This document shows positions 1 to 18,648 of a stretch of 64,000 bases of DNA, piece after piece (the first letter of the stretch is position 1; each line of letters begins with the position of its first letter). The position numbers and the translations under genes were made by a program. This DNA is from the human T2T-CHM13v2.0 reference genome, Homo sapiens: the NCBI RefSeq assembly GCF_009914755.1, contig NC_060948.1; one strand, given 5' to 3'. Under the pieces are notes generated by a model. That model had not been told where the DNA came from. It saw only the letters and a list, made by a program, of their open reading frames with translations, and made no database searches.

Positions 1-1149
1 ATATAATATATATTATATTTTATGACATATGTAATATATATTATATATTATATATAATACGTTGTATGTATAATACCTATATTAAATATATATAATATGA
101 CTATGTTATTAATTACATGTCACATGTGTTATATATTATATATTTTACATAGAATATACCGGTTACATAGAATATATACTATGTTACCTATAATGTATAA
201 TTTATTACATGTAAAATAATGAATGCAATATATTATGTATAATTTATAATATACAATATGTGGAATGTGATATATATAACATATAATATATGATATATGA
301 TATACAGTATATGATATATAACATACAATATATGATTCCTAATATATATGGTATACAATATATATTTTATGATATGTATTCTCTATGTTTTATATTCTGC
401 TATATATAACCATTTGAAATTATATATAAGTGTATAATACTTTATGTAAATATGTAATATAATATATATAACTATATATTATGTTATATATACTTTTATA
501 ACATAATTTACATAAAATATCATAATATAATATATATTATATTATATTATATTACATAATATATATTACATATCACCCAATATAAGTAACATACATAATA
601 TTATAATATAGATTATATTATGTTATATTAAATATCATATATATCATGTATCATATATTCCATAATATATATTATACATTATATAATATGTATGTTGTCT
701 ATTATGTGATATATATAACTATATATATAATTATATTATTATACATATAACTAGATAAACATGTAATTCTACATATTTTCATTTATAATATATAGAATTA
801 TATAATCATATATAATTATTTATATTCTATAAAAAATTATATCATTATATAAATTATAATATAAAAAATTATAATATGTACTACAAATATATATATTATA
901 TATCATATATGATATAGTACCTTTGTTATATATCATAATACATATAAATGTGTATTATGTTATCTATAATTATATAATTTCATATATAAGTTGTATAATA
1001 TATATTATATATTATATATGTTATGTAATATATATAGTATATATAAGATGACACAGGATAAATATTATATACTATGACATATAAAATATATGAGGTTATA
1101 TGTTACATACAAGGCATAGCACATAACATGTAATATATATCATCTATAA

Positions 1150-1441
<292 letters not shown>

Positions 1442-2010
1442 AGATCCATATTTTTGAAAAGAAAAAAAATTTCAAAGGTACTCTGCTTGGTACAATAATC
1501 AAATGTATAAACTGAGGAATAAAACATAACCATGAAACCTACTTATAACTGTATACGGAAAATACAGAGGATAATTTTTTAAATAACATATTTTGAAAGC
1601 CTTAACTAGTAATTTGAAGAGTTGGCATTTGAAAGGCCAGTATGAATGTACCTTCAAAGCAGCAACACAGGTTCCCCATGAGAAAAAGCAAACTCAGGGA
1701 AAATAAAACCACAAAGGTTCAATCTCTTCTGACCTTTGAAAGACACAGCACAGACAGTGGTCCTTAGGACGAAGAGCAGGAGACCCCTAATTCCGTCACC
1801 GTGGCGATAGGGCATAAACATTGCTGGGTGTGGGCACAATCCACATTGTGAGGTCCAACTGCTGCCAGGAAGACAGGAGTGCTTTTACATAGACCGAAAG
1901 GTCATTGAAGGCTCAGAGTTTTGTTTCAAGAACTGAATCCCAAGCCCACACGTTATTAGGCTGCGCTTCTTAAAACAAGTTATGAGATGGGAAAAAGGGC
2001 ACCCACAAAC
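1442..2010. repeat. HSATI-type segment of the unit (representative; one follows each of the 26 Alus)
   Basis: ~570 bp mixed-composition segment from AGATCCATA to GGGCACCCACAAAC, lying between the Alu 5' end and the AT-rich block and nearly identical in all units. The name is assigned from known DYZ2 architecture. Confidence 0.8.
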
Positions 2011-3564
2011 ATACGTATACATTATGTATATAATAATATACAGTATCATATATATAATATATATAACCTATGTATAATATTGTTTTACATCCTGCATCTT
2101 ATATTATATATATTGTATAAAATATAATAACTGATAATATATAAGTTTTATATTTATACAATATGACATATAGTATATATTATAATTTATGACATATATA
2201 ATATATGTTATATATCATATATAGAATATATTATACGGTTAATATACGTATTAAATATAAATTATACTTTATATATATTATATATATCTGTTATATATAA
2301 TACCCATTATGCATAATATATATATTATGTCTATGTTATATATAGTATAAAACAACATATAATAATATATAATTGCATATATAAAATGCGACATATAATA
2401 TATATTATATTTTATGACATATGTAATATATATTATATATTATATATAATACGTTGTATGTATAATACCTATATTAAATATATATTATATGACTATGTTA
2501 TTAATTACATGTCACATATGTTATATATTATATATTTTACATAGAATATACCGGTTACATACAATATATACTATGTTACCTATAATGTATAATTTATTAC
2601 ATGTAAAATAAAGAATGCAATATATTATGTATAATTTATAATATACAATATGTGGAATGTGATATATATAACATATAATGTATGATATAAGATATACAGT
2701 ATATGATATATAACATACAATATATGATACCTAATATATATGGTATACAATATATATTTTATGATATGTATTCTATATGTTTTATATTCTGTTATATATA
2801 ACTATTTGAAATTATATATAACTGTATAATATTTTATGTAAATATGTAATATAATATATATAACTATATAATATATTACATATAACTATATATTATGTTA
2901 TATATACTTTTATAACATAATTTACATAAAATACCATAATATAATATATATTATATTATTTCATATTACATAATATATATTACATATCACCCAATATAAG
3001 TAACATACATAATATTATAATATAGATTATATTATCTTATATTAAATATCATATATATCATGTATCATATATTCTATAATATATATTATACTTTATATAA
3101 TATGTATGTTTTCTATTATGTGATATATATAACTATATATATAATTATATTATTATACATATAACTAGATAAACATGTAATTCTAGATATTTTCATTTAT
3201 AATATATAGAATTATATAATCATATATAATTATTTATATTCTATAAAAAATTATATCATTATATATATTATAATATATAAAAATTATAATATGTACTACA
3301 AATATATATATTATATATCATATATGAGATAGTACCTTTGTTATATATCATAATACATATAAATTTGTATTATGTTATCTATAATTATATAATTTCATAT
3401 ATAAGATGTATAATATGTATTATATATTATATATGTTATGTAATATATATAGTATATATAAGCTGACACAGGATAAATATTATATACTATGACATATAAA
3501 ATATATGAGGTTATATGTTACATATAAGGCATAGCACATAACATGTAATATATATCATATATAA
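2011..3564. repeat. Degenerate (TA)n-like AT-rich segment of the unit (representative; one per unit)
   Basis: ~1.55 kb made mostly of TATA/ATAT/TATTA words. Landmarks (ACCGGT, GTGGAATG, CACCCAA, GACACAGG) are conserved in position between units, so it is copied as a block. Confidence 0.9.
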
Positions 3565-3856
<292 letters not shown>

Positions 3857-5306
3857 AGATCCATATTTTTTAAATGAAAAAAAATTTCAAAGGTACTCTG
3901 CTTGGTACAATAATCAAATGTATAAACTGAGGAATAAAACATAACCATGAAACATACTTATAACTGCATATGGAAAATACAGAGGATAATTTTTTAAATA
4001 ACATATTTTGAAAGCCTTAACTAGTAATTTGAAGAGTTGGCATTTGAAAGGCCAGTATGAATATACCTTCAAAGCAGCAACACAGGTTCCCCATGAGGAA
4101 AAGCAAACTCAGGGAAAATAAAACCACAAAGGTTCAATCTCTTCTGACCTTTGAAAGACACAGCACAGACAGTGGTCCTTAGGACGAAGAGCAGGAGACC
4201 CCTAATTCCGTCACCATGGCGATAGGGCATAAACATTGCTGGGTGAGGGCACAATCCACATTGTGAGGTCCAACTGCTGCCAGGAAGACAGGAGTGCTTT
4301 TACATAGACCGAAAGGTCATTGAAGGCTCAGAGTTTTGTTTCAAGAACTGAATCCCAAGCCCACACGTTATTAGGCTGCGCTTCTTAAAACAGGTTATGA
4401 GATGGGAAAAAGGGCACCCACAAACATACGTATACATTATGTACATAATAATATACAGTATCATATATATAATATATATAACCTATGTATAATATTGTTT
4501 TACATCCTGCATCTTATGTTATATATATTGTATAAAATATAATAATTGATAATATATAAGTTTTATATTTATACAATATGACATATAGTATATATTATAA
4601 TTTATGACATATATAATATATGTTATATATCATATATAGAATATATTATACGGTTAATATACGTATTAAATATAAATTATACATTATATATATTATATAT
4701 AATATATCTGTTATATATAATACCCATTATGCATAACATATATATTATGTCTATGTTATATATAGCATAAAACAACATATAATAATATATAATTGTATAT
4801 ATAAAATGCGACATATAATATATATTATATTTTATGACATATGTAATATATATTATATATTATATATAATACGTTGTATGTATAATACCTATATTAAATA
4901 TATATTATATGACTATGTTATTAATTACATGTCACATATGTTATATATTATATATTTTACATAGAATATACCGGTTACATACAATATATACTATGCTACC
5001 TATAATGTATAATTTATTACATGTAATATAAAGAATGCAATATATCATGTATAATTTATAATACACAATATGTGGAATATGATATATATAACATATAATA
5101 TATGATATATGATATACAGTATATGATATATAACATACAACATATGATACCTAATACATATGGCATACAATATATATTTTATGATATGTATTCTATATGT
5201 TTTATATTCTGTTATATATAACTATTTGAAATTATATATAACTGTATAATATTTTATGTAAATATGTAATATAATATATATAACTATATAATATATTATA
5301 TATAAC

Positions 5307-5592
5307 TATATATTATGTTATATATACTTTTATAACATAATTTACATAAAATATCATAATATAATATATATTATATTATTTCATATTACATAATATATAT
5401 TACATATCACCCAATATAAGTAACATGCATAATATTATAATATAGATTATATATATTATGTTATATATACTTTTATAACATAATTTACATAAAATATCAT
5501 AGTATAAAATATATTATATTATTTCATATTACATAATATATATTACATATCACCCAATATAAGTAACATACATAATATTATACTATAGATTA
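5307..5592. repeat. 143 bp tandem duplication within the AT-rich segment
   Basis: CACCCAA occurs twice (5408 and 5551). Unit length 2560 = 2420 + 143 - 3, with a 3 bp deletion near 5975. Confidence 0.92.
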
Positions 5593-6101
5593 TATTATGT
5601 TATATTAAATATCATATATATCATGTATCATATATTCTATAATATATATTATACATTATATAATATGTATGCTGTCTATTATGTGATATATATAACTATA
5701 TATATAATTATATTATTATACATATAACTAGATAAAGATGTAATTCTACATATTTTCATTTATAATATATAGAATTATATAATCATATATAATTATTTAT
5801 ATTCTATAAAAAATTATATCATTATATAAATTATAATATATAAAAATTATAATATGTACTACAAATATATATTTTATATATCATATATGATATAGTACCT
5901 TTGTTATATATCATAATACATATAAATGTGTATTATGTTATCTATAATTATATAATTTCATATATAAGATGTATATGTATCATATATTATATATGTTATG
6001 TAATATATATAGTATATATAAGATGACACAGGATAAATATTATATACTATGACATATAAAATATATGAGGTTATATGTTACATATAAGGCATAGCAGATA
6101 A

Positions 6102-6416
<315 letters not shown>

Positions 6417-8521
6417 AGATCCATATTTTTTAAATGAAAAAAAATTTCAAAGGTACTCTGCTTGGTACAATAATCAAATGTATAAACTGAGGAATAAAAC
6501 ATAACCATGAAACATACTTATAACTGCATATGGAAAATACAGAGGATAATTTTTTAAATAACATATTTTGAAAGCCTTAACTAGTAATTTGAAGAGTTGG
6601 CATTTGAAAGGCCAGTATGAATATACCTTCAAAGCAGCAACACAGGTTCCCCATGAGAAAAAGCAAACTCAGGGAAAATAAAACCACAAAGGTTCAATCT
6701 CTTCTGACCTTTGAAAGACACAGCACAGACAGTGGTCCTTAGGACGAAGAGCAGGAGACCCCTAATTCCGTCACCGTGGCGATAGGGCATAAACATTGCT
6801 GGGTGAGGGCACAATCCACATTGTGAGGTCCAACTGCTGCCAGGAAGACAGGAGTGCTTTTACATAGACCGAAAGGTCATTGAAGGCTCAGAGTTTTGTT
6901 TCAAGAACTGAATCCCAAGCCCACACGTTATTAGGCTGCGCTTCTTAAAGCAAGTTATGAGATGGGAAAAAGGGCACCCACAAACATACGTATACATTAT
7001 GTATATAATAATATACAGTATCATATATATAATATATATAACCTATGTATAATATTGTTTTACATCCTGCATCTTATGTTATATATATTGTATAAAATAT
7101 AATAATTGATAATATATAAGTTTTATATTTATACAATATGACATATAGTATATATTATAATTTATGACATATATAATATATGTTATATATCATATATAGA
7201 ATATATTATACGGTTAATATACGTATTAAATATAAATTATACATTATATATATTATATATAATATATCTGTTATATATAATACACATTATGCATAATATA
7301 TATATTATGTCTATGTTATATATAGTATAAAACAACATATAATAATATATAATTGTATATATAAAATGCGACATATAATATATATTATATTTTATGACAT
7401 ATGTAATATATATTATATATTATATATAATACGTTGTATATATAATTCCTATATTAAATATATATTATATGACTATGTTATTAATTACATGTCACATATG
7501 TTATACATTATATATTTTACATAGAATATACCGGTTACATACAATATATACTATGTTACCTATAATGTATAATTTATTACATGTAAAATAAAGAATGCAA
7601 TATATCATGTATAATTTATAATATACAATATGTGGAATGTGATATATATAACATATAATATATGATATATGATATACAGTATATGATATATAACATACAA
7701 TATATGATACCTAATATAAATGGTATACAATATATATTTTATGATATGTATTCTATATGTTTTATATTCTGTTATATATAACTATTTGAAATTATATATA
7801 ACTGTATAATATTTTATGTAAATATGTAATATAATATATATAACTATATAATATATTATATATAACTATATATTATGTTATATATGCTTTTATAACATAA
7901 TTTACATAAAATATCGTAATATAATATATATTATATTATTTCATATTACATAATACATATTACATATCACCCAATATAAGTAACGTACATAATATTATAA
8001 TATAGATTATATTATGTTATATTAAATATCATATATATCATGTATCATATATTCTATAATATATATTATACATTATATAATATGTATGTTGTCTATTATG
8101 TGATACATATAACTATATATATAATTATATTATTATACGTATAACTAGATAAACATGTAAATCTACATATTTTCATTTATAATATATAGAATTATATAAT
8201 CATATATAATTATTTATATTCTATAAAAAATTATATCATTATATAAATTATAATATATAAAAATTATAATATATACTACATATATATATATTATATATCA
8301 TATATGATATAGTATCTTTGTTATATATCATAATACATATAAATGTATATTATGTTATCTATAATTATATAATTTCATATATAAGATGTATAATATGTAT
8401 CATATATCTTATATGTTATGTAATATATATAGTATATATAAGCTGACACAGGATAAATATTATATACTATGACATATAAAATATATGAGGTTATATGTTA
8501 CATATAAGGCATAGCACATAA

Positions 8522-8836
<315 letters not shown>

Positions 8837-10962
8837 AGATCCATAATTTTTAAATGAAAAAAAATTTCAAAGGTACTCTGCTTGGTACAATAATCAAATG
8901 TATAAACTGAGGAATAAAACATAACCATGAAACCTACTTATAACTTCATATGGAAAATACAGAGGATAATTTTTTAAATAACATATTTTGAAAGCCTTAA
9001 CTAGTAATTTGCAGAGTTGGCATTTGAAAGGCCAGTATGAATATACCTTCAAAGCAGCAACACAGGTTCCCCATGAGGAAAAGCAAACTCAGGGAAAATG
9101 AAACCACAAAGGTTCAATCTCTTCTGACCTTTGAAAGACACAGCACAGACAGTGGTCCTTAGGACGAAGAGCAGGAGACCCCTAATTCCGTCACCATGGC
9201 GATAGGGCATAAACATTGCTGGGTGAGGGCACAATCCACATTGTGAGGTCCAACTGCTGCCAGGAAGACAGGAGTGCTTTTACACAGACCGAAAGGTAAT
9301 TGAAGGCTCAGCGTTTTGTTTCAAGAACTGAATCCCAAGCCCACACGTTATTAGGCTGCGCTTCTTAAAACAGGTTATGAGATGGGAAAAAGGGCACCCA
9401 CAAACATACGTATACATTATGTACATAATAATATACAGTATCATATATATAATATATATAACCTATGTATAATATTGTTTTACATCCTGCATCTTATGTT
9501 ATATATATTGTATAAAATATAATAATTGATAATATATAAGTTTTATATTTATACAATATGACATATAGTATATATTATAATTTATGACATATATAATATA
9601 TGTTATATATCATATATAGAATATATTATACGGTTAATATACGTATTAAATATAAATTATACATTATATATATTATATATAATATATCTGTTATATATAA
9701 TACCCATTATGCATAATATATATATTATATCTATGTTATATATAGCATAAAACAACATATAATAATATATAATTGTATATATAAAATGCGACATATAATA
9801 TATATTATATTTTATGACATATGTAATATATATTATATATTATATATAATACGTTGTATGTATAATACCTATATTAAATATATATTATATGACTATGTTA
9901 TTAATTACATGTCACATATGTTATATATTATATATTTTACATAGAATATACATGTTACATACAATATATACTATGTTACCTATAATGTATAATTTATTAC
10001 ATGTAAAATAAAGAATGCAATATATCATGTATAATTTATAATACACAATATGTGGAATATGATATATATAACATATAATATATGATATATGATATACAGT
10101 ATATGATATATAACATACAACATATGATACCTAATATATATGGCATACAATATATATTTTATGATATGTATTCTATATGTTTTAAGTTCTGTTATATATA
10201 ACTTTGAAATTATATATAACTGTATAATATTTTATGTAAATATGTAATATAATATATATAACTATATAATATATTATATATAACTATATATTATGTTATA
10301 TATACTTTTATAACATAATTTATTTAAAATATCATAATATAATATATATTATATTATTTCATATTACATAATATATATTACATATCACCCAATATAAGTA
10401 ACATACATAATATTATAATATAGATTATATTATGTTATATTAAATATCATATATATCATGTATCATATATTCTATAATATATATTATACATTATATAATA
10501 AGTATGTTGTCTATTATGTGATATATATAACTATATATATAATTATATTATTATACATATAACTAGATAAACATGTAATTCTACATATTTTCATTTATAA
10601 TATATAGAATTATATAATCATATATTATTATTTATATTCTATAAAAAATTATATCATTATATAAATTATAATATATAAAAATTATAATATGTACTACAAA
10701 TATATATATTATATGTCATATATGATATAGTACCTTTGTTATATATCATAATACATATAAATGTGTATTATGTTATCTATAATTATATAATTTCATATAT
10801 AAGTTGTATAATATGTATCATATATTATATATGTTATGTAATATATATAGTATATATAAGATGACACAGGATAAATATTATATACTATGACTTATAAAAT
10901 ATATGAGGTTATATGTTACATATAAGGCATAGCACATAACATGTAATATATATCATATATAA

Positions 10963-11254
10963 TTTTTTTTTAGACAGAGTCTTGTCCTGTTGCACAGGGT
11001 GGGGTACAATGGCGCCATCTTTGCTCACTGCAACATCTGCCTCACGGGTCCAAGAGATTGTCCTCCCTCAGTCTCCCAGGTAGCTGGGACTACACCACAC
11101 TGGGACTACAGCAGCTGCCACCATGCCTAGCTAATTTTTTGGATTTTTAGTAGTGACAGCGTTTCACTGTATTGGCCAGGATGGTCTTGATCTCTTCACC
11201 TTGTGATCCCCTTGCCTTGGCCTCCAAATTTGCTGGGATTACAGGCCTGAGCCA
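10963..11254 (-). mobile_element. Alu remnant, unit 5
   Basis: Same Alu motifs as unit 1. Confidence 0.95.
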
Positions 11255-13357
11255 AGATCCATATTTTTTAAATGAAAAAAAATTTCAAAGGTACTCTGCT
11301 TGGTACAATAATCAAATGTATAAACTGAGGAATAAAACATAACCATGAAACCTACTTATAACTGCATATGGAAAATACAGAGTATAATTTGTTAAATAAC
11401 ATATTTTGAAAGCCTTAACTAGTAATTTGAAGAGTTGGCATTTGAAAGGCCAGTATGAATATACCTTCAAAGCAGCAACACAGGTTCCCCATGAGGAAAA
11501 TCAAACTCAGGGAAAATAAAACCAGAAAGGTTCAATCTCTTCTGACCTTTGAAAGACACAGCACAGACAGTGGTCCTTAGGACGAAGAGCAGGAGACCCC
11601 TAATTCCGTCACCATGGCGATAGGGCATAAACATTGCTGGGTGAGGGCACAATCCACATTGTGAGGTCCAACTGCTGCCAGGAAGACAGGAGTGCTTTTA
11701 CATAGACGGATAGGTCATTGAAGGCTCAGAGTTTTGTTTCAAGAACTGAATCCCAAGCCCACACGTTATTAGGCTGCGCTTCTTAAAACAGGTTATGAGA
11801 TGGGAAAAAGGGCACCCACAAACATACGTATACATTATGTATATAATAATATACAGTATCATATATATAACATATATAACCTATGTATAATATTGTTTTA
11901 CATCCTGCATCTTATGTTATATATATTGTATAAAATATAATAATTGATAATATATAAGTTTTATATTTATACAATATGACATATAGTATATATTATAATT
12001 TATGACATATATAATATATGTTATATATCATATATAGAATATATTATACGGTTAATATACGTATTAAATATCAATTATACATTATATATATTATATATAA
12101 TATATCTATTATATATAATACCCATTATGCATAATATATATATTATGTCTATGTTATATATAGTATAAAACAACATATAATAATATATAATTGTATATAT
12201 AAAATGCGACATATAATTTATATTATATTTTATGACATATGTAATATATATTATATATTATATATAATACGTTGTATGTATAATACCTATATTAAATATA
12301 TATTATATGACTATGTTATTAATTACATGTCACATATGTTATATATTATATATTTTACATAGAATATACCGGTTCCATAAAATATATACTATGTTACCTA
12401 TAATGTATAATTTATTACATGTAAAATAAAGAATGCAATATATTATGTATAATTTATAATATACAATATGTGGAATGTGATATATATAACATATAATATA
12501 TGATATATGATATACAGTATATGATATATAACATACAATATATGATACCTAATATATATGGCATACAATACATATTTTATGATATGTATTCTATATGTTT
12601 TATATTCTGTTATATATAATTATTTGAAATTATATATAACTGTATAATATTTTATGTAAATATGTAATATAATATATATTACTATATAATATATTATATA
12701 TAACTATATATTATGTTATATATACTTTTATAACATAATTTACATAAAATATCATAATATAATATATATTATATTATTTCATATTACATAATATATATTA
12801 CATATCACCCAATATAAGTACCATACATAATATTATAATATAGATTATATTATGTTATATTAAATATCATATATATCATGTATCATATATTCTATAATAT
12901 ATATTATACATTATATAATATGTATGTTGTCTATTATGTGATATATATAACTATATATAATTATATTATTATACATATAACTAGATAAACATGTAATTCT
13001 ACATATTTTCATTTATAATATATAGAATTATATAATCATATATAATTATTTATATTCTATAAAAAATTATATCATTATATAAATTATAATATATAAAAAT
13101 TATAATATGTACTACAAATATATATATTATATATCATATATGATATAGTACCTTTGTTATAGATCATAATACATATAAATGTGTATTATGTTATCTATAA
13201 TTATATAATTTCATATATAAGATGTATAATATGTATCATATATTATATATGTTATGTAATATATATAGTATATATAAGCTGACACAGGATAAATATTATA
13301 TACTATGACATATAAAATATATGAGGTTATATGTTACATATAAGGCATAGCACATAA

Positions 13358-13672
<315 letters not shown>

Positions 13673-15796
13673 AGATCCATATTTTTTAAATGAAAAAAAA
13701 TTTCAAAGGTACTCTGCTTGGTACAATAATCAAATGTATAAACTGAGGAATAAAACATCACCATGAAACCTACTCATAACTGTATACGGAAAATACAGAG
13801 GATAATTTTTTAAATAACATATTTTGAAAGCCTTAACTAGTAATTTGAAGAGTTGGCATTTGAAAGGCCAGTATGAATATACCTTCAAAGCAGCAACACA
13901 GGTTCCCCATGAGAAAAAGCAAACTCAGGGAAAATAAAACCACAAAGGTTCAATCTCTTCTGACCTTTGAAAGACACAGCACAGACAGTGGTCCTTAGGA
14001 CGAAGAGCAGGAGACCCCTAATTCCGTCACCATGGCGATAGGGCATAAACATTGCTGGGTGAGGGCACAATCCACATTGTGAGGTCCAACTGCTGCCAGG
14101 AAGACAGGAGTACTTTTACATAGACCGAAAGGTCATTGAAGGCTCAGAGTTTTGTTTCAAGAACTGAATCCCAAGCCCACACGTTATTAGGCTGCGCTTC
14201 TTAAAACAGGTTATGAGATGGGAAAAAGGGAACCCACAAACATACGTATACATTATGTACATAATAATATACAGTATCATATATATAATATATATAACCT
14301 ATGTATAATATTGTTTTACATCCTGCATCTTATGTTATATATATTGTATAAAATATAATAATTGATAATATATAAGTTTTATATTTATACAATATGACAT
14401 ATAGTATATATTATAATTTATGACATATATAATATATGTTATATATCATATATAGAATATATTATACGGTTAATATACGTATTAAATATAAATTATACAT
14501 TATATATATTATATATAATATATCTGTTATATATAATACCCATTATGCATAATATATATATTATGTCTACGTTATATATAGTATAAAACAACATATAATA
14601 ATATATAATTGTATATATAAAATGCGACATATAATATATATTATATTTTATGACATATGTAATATATATTATATATTATATATAATACGTTGTATGTATA
14701 ATACTATATTAAATATATATTATATGACTATGTTATTAATTACATGTCACATGTGTTATATATTATATATTTTACATAGAATATACCGGTTACATACAAT
14801 ATATAGTATGTTACCTATAATGTATAATTTATTACATGTAAAATAAAGAATGCAATATATTATGTATAATTTATAATATACAATATGTGGAATGTCATAT
14901 ATATAACATATAATATATGATATATGATATACAGTATATGATATATAACATACAATATATGATACCTAATATATATGGTATACAATATATATTTTATGAT
15001 ATGTATTCTATATGTTTTATATTCTGTTATATATAACTATTTGAAATTACATATAACTGTATAATATTTTATGTAAATATGTAATATAATATATATAACT
15101 ATATAATATATTATATATAACTATATATTATGTTATATATACTTTTATAACATAATTTACATAATATATCATAATATAATGTATATTATATTATTTCATA
15201 TTACATAATATATATTACATATCACCCAATATAAGTAACATACATAATATTATAATATAGATTATTTTATGTTATATTAAATATCATATATATCATGTAT
15301 CATATATTCTATAATATACATTATACATTATATAATATGTATGTCTAATATGTGATATATATAACTATATATATAATTATATTATTATACATATAACTAG
15401 ATGAACATGTAATTCTACATATTTTCATTTATAATATATAGAATTATATAATCATATATAATTTTTTATAGTCTATAAAAAATTATATCATTATATAAAT
15501 TATAATATATAAAAATTATAATATGTACTACAAATATATATATTATATATCATATATGATATAGTACCTTTGTTATATATCATAATACATATAAATGTGT
15601 ATTATGTTATCTATAATTATATAATTTCATATATAAGATGTGTAATATGTATCATATATTATATATGTTATGTAATATATATAGTATATATAAGCTGACA
15701 CAGGATAAATATTATATACTATGACATATAAAATATATGAGGTTATATGTTACATATAAGGCATAGCACATAACATGTAATATATATCATATATAA

Positions 15797-16088
<292 letters not shown>

Positions 16089-17538
16089 AGATCCATATTT
16101 TTTAAATGAAAAAAAATTTCAAAGGTACTCTGCTTGGTACAATAATCAAATGTATAAACTGAGGAATAAAACATAACCATGAAACATACTTATAACTGCA
16201 TATGGAAAATACAGAGGATAATTTTTTAAATAACATATTTTGAAAGCCTTAACTAGTAATTTGAAGAGTTGGCATTTGAAAGGCCAGTATGAATATACCT
16301 TCAAAGCAGCAACACAGGTTCCCCATGAGGAAAAGCAAACTCAGGGAAAATAAAACCACAAAGGTTCAATCTCTTCTGACCTTTGAAAGACACAGCACAG
16401 ACAGTGGTCCTTAGGACGAAGAGCAGGAGACCCCTAATTCCGTCACCATGGCGATAGGGCATAAACATTGCTGGGTGAGGGCACAATCCACATTGTGAGG
16501 TCCAACTGCTGCCAGGAAGACAGGAGTGCTTTTACATAGACCGAAAGGTCATTGAAGGCTCAGAGTTTTGTTTCAAGAACTGAATCCCAAGCCCACACGT
16601 TATTAGGCTGCGCTTCTTAAAACAGGTTATGAGATGGGAAAAAGGGCACCCACAAACATACGTATACATTATGTACATAATAATATACAGTATCATATAT
16701 ATAATATATATAACCTATGTATAATATTGTTTTACATCCTGCATCTTATGTTATATATATTGTATAAAATATAATAATTGATAATATATAAGTTTTATAT
16801 TTATACAATATGACATATAGTATATATTATAATTTATGACATATATAATATATGTTATATATCATATATAGAATATATTATACGGTTAATATACGTATTA
16901 AATATAAATTATACATTATATATATTATATATAATATATCTGTTATATATAATACCCATTATGCATAACATATATATTATGTCTATGTTATATATAGCAT
17001 AAAACAACATATAATAATATATAATTGTATATATAAAATGCGACATATAATATATATTATATTTTATGACATATGTAATATATATTATATATTATATATA
17101 ATACGTTGTATGTATAATACCTATATTAAATATATATTATATGACTATGTTATTAATTACATGTCACATATGTTATATATTATATATTTTACATAGAATA
17201 TACCGGTTACATACAATATATACTATGTTACCTATAATGTATAATTTATTACATGTAATATAAAGAATGCAATATATCATGTATAATTTATAATACACAA
17301 TATGTGGAATATGATATATATAACATATAATATATGATATATGATATACAGTATATGATATATAACATACAACATATGATACCTAATACATATGGCATAC
17401 AATATATATTTTATGATATGTATTCTATATGTTTTATATTCTGTTATATATAACTATTTGAAATTATATATAACTGTATAATATTTTATGTAAATATGTA
17501 ATATAATATATATAACTATATAATATATTATATATAAC

Positions 17539-17824
17539 TATATATTATGTTATATATACTTTTATAACATAATTTACATAAAATATCATAATATAATATA
17601 TATTATATTATTTCATATTACATAATATATATTACATATCACCCAATATAAGTAACATGCATAATATTATAATATAGATTATATATATTATGTTATATAT
17701 ACTTTTATAACATAATTTACATAAAATATCATAGTATAAAATATATTATATTATTTCATATTACATAATATATATTACATATCACCCAATATAAGTAACA
17801 TACATAATATTATACTATAGATTA
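17539..17824. repeat. 143 bp tandem duplication within the AT-rich segment (second occurrence, carried by the 12.23 kb duplication)
   Basis: Same structure and junction as 5307-5592 at offset 12,232. Confidence 0.92.
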
Positions 17825-18333
17825 TATTATGTTATATTAAATATCATATATATCATGTATCATATATTCTATAATATATATTATACATTATATAATATGT
17901 ATGCTGTCTATTATGTGATATATATAACTATATATATAATTATATTATTATACATATAACTAGATAAAGATGTAATTCTACATATTTTCATTTATAATAT
18001 ATAGAATTATATAATCATATATAATTATTTATATTCTATAAAAAATTATATCATTATATAAATTATAATATATAAAAATTATAATATGTACTACAAATAT
18101 ATATTTTATATATCATATATGATATAGTACCTTTGTTATATATCATAATACATATAAATGTGTATTATGTTATCTATAATTATATAATTTCATATATAAG
18201 ATGTATATGTATCATATATTATATATGTTATGTAATATATATAGTATATATAAGATGACACAGGATAAATATTATATACTATGACATATAAAATATATGA
18301 GGTTATATGTTACATATAAGGCATAGCAGATAA

Positions 18334-18648
<315 letters not shown>

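Noticed and set aside
1654-1839. 61 aa minus-strand ORF (MCPHPAMF...) intact in all 26 units
   Set aside because: It starts at TTG, has no recognisable domain and lies in satellite DNA. Many variants change amino acids, and near-identity of the units explains its persistence without selection.
14622-14846. Ile/Tyr-rich ORFs in AT blocks (also 26852, 33872, 43777) and the 68 aa ORFs at 31214, 48144 and 55397
   Set aside because: These are translations of TA-rich low-complexity DNA, opened only by unit-specific indels or stop-loss variants.
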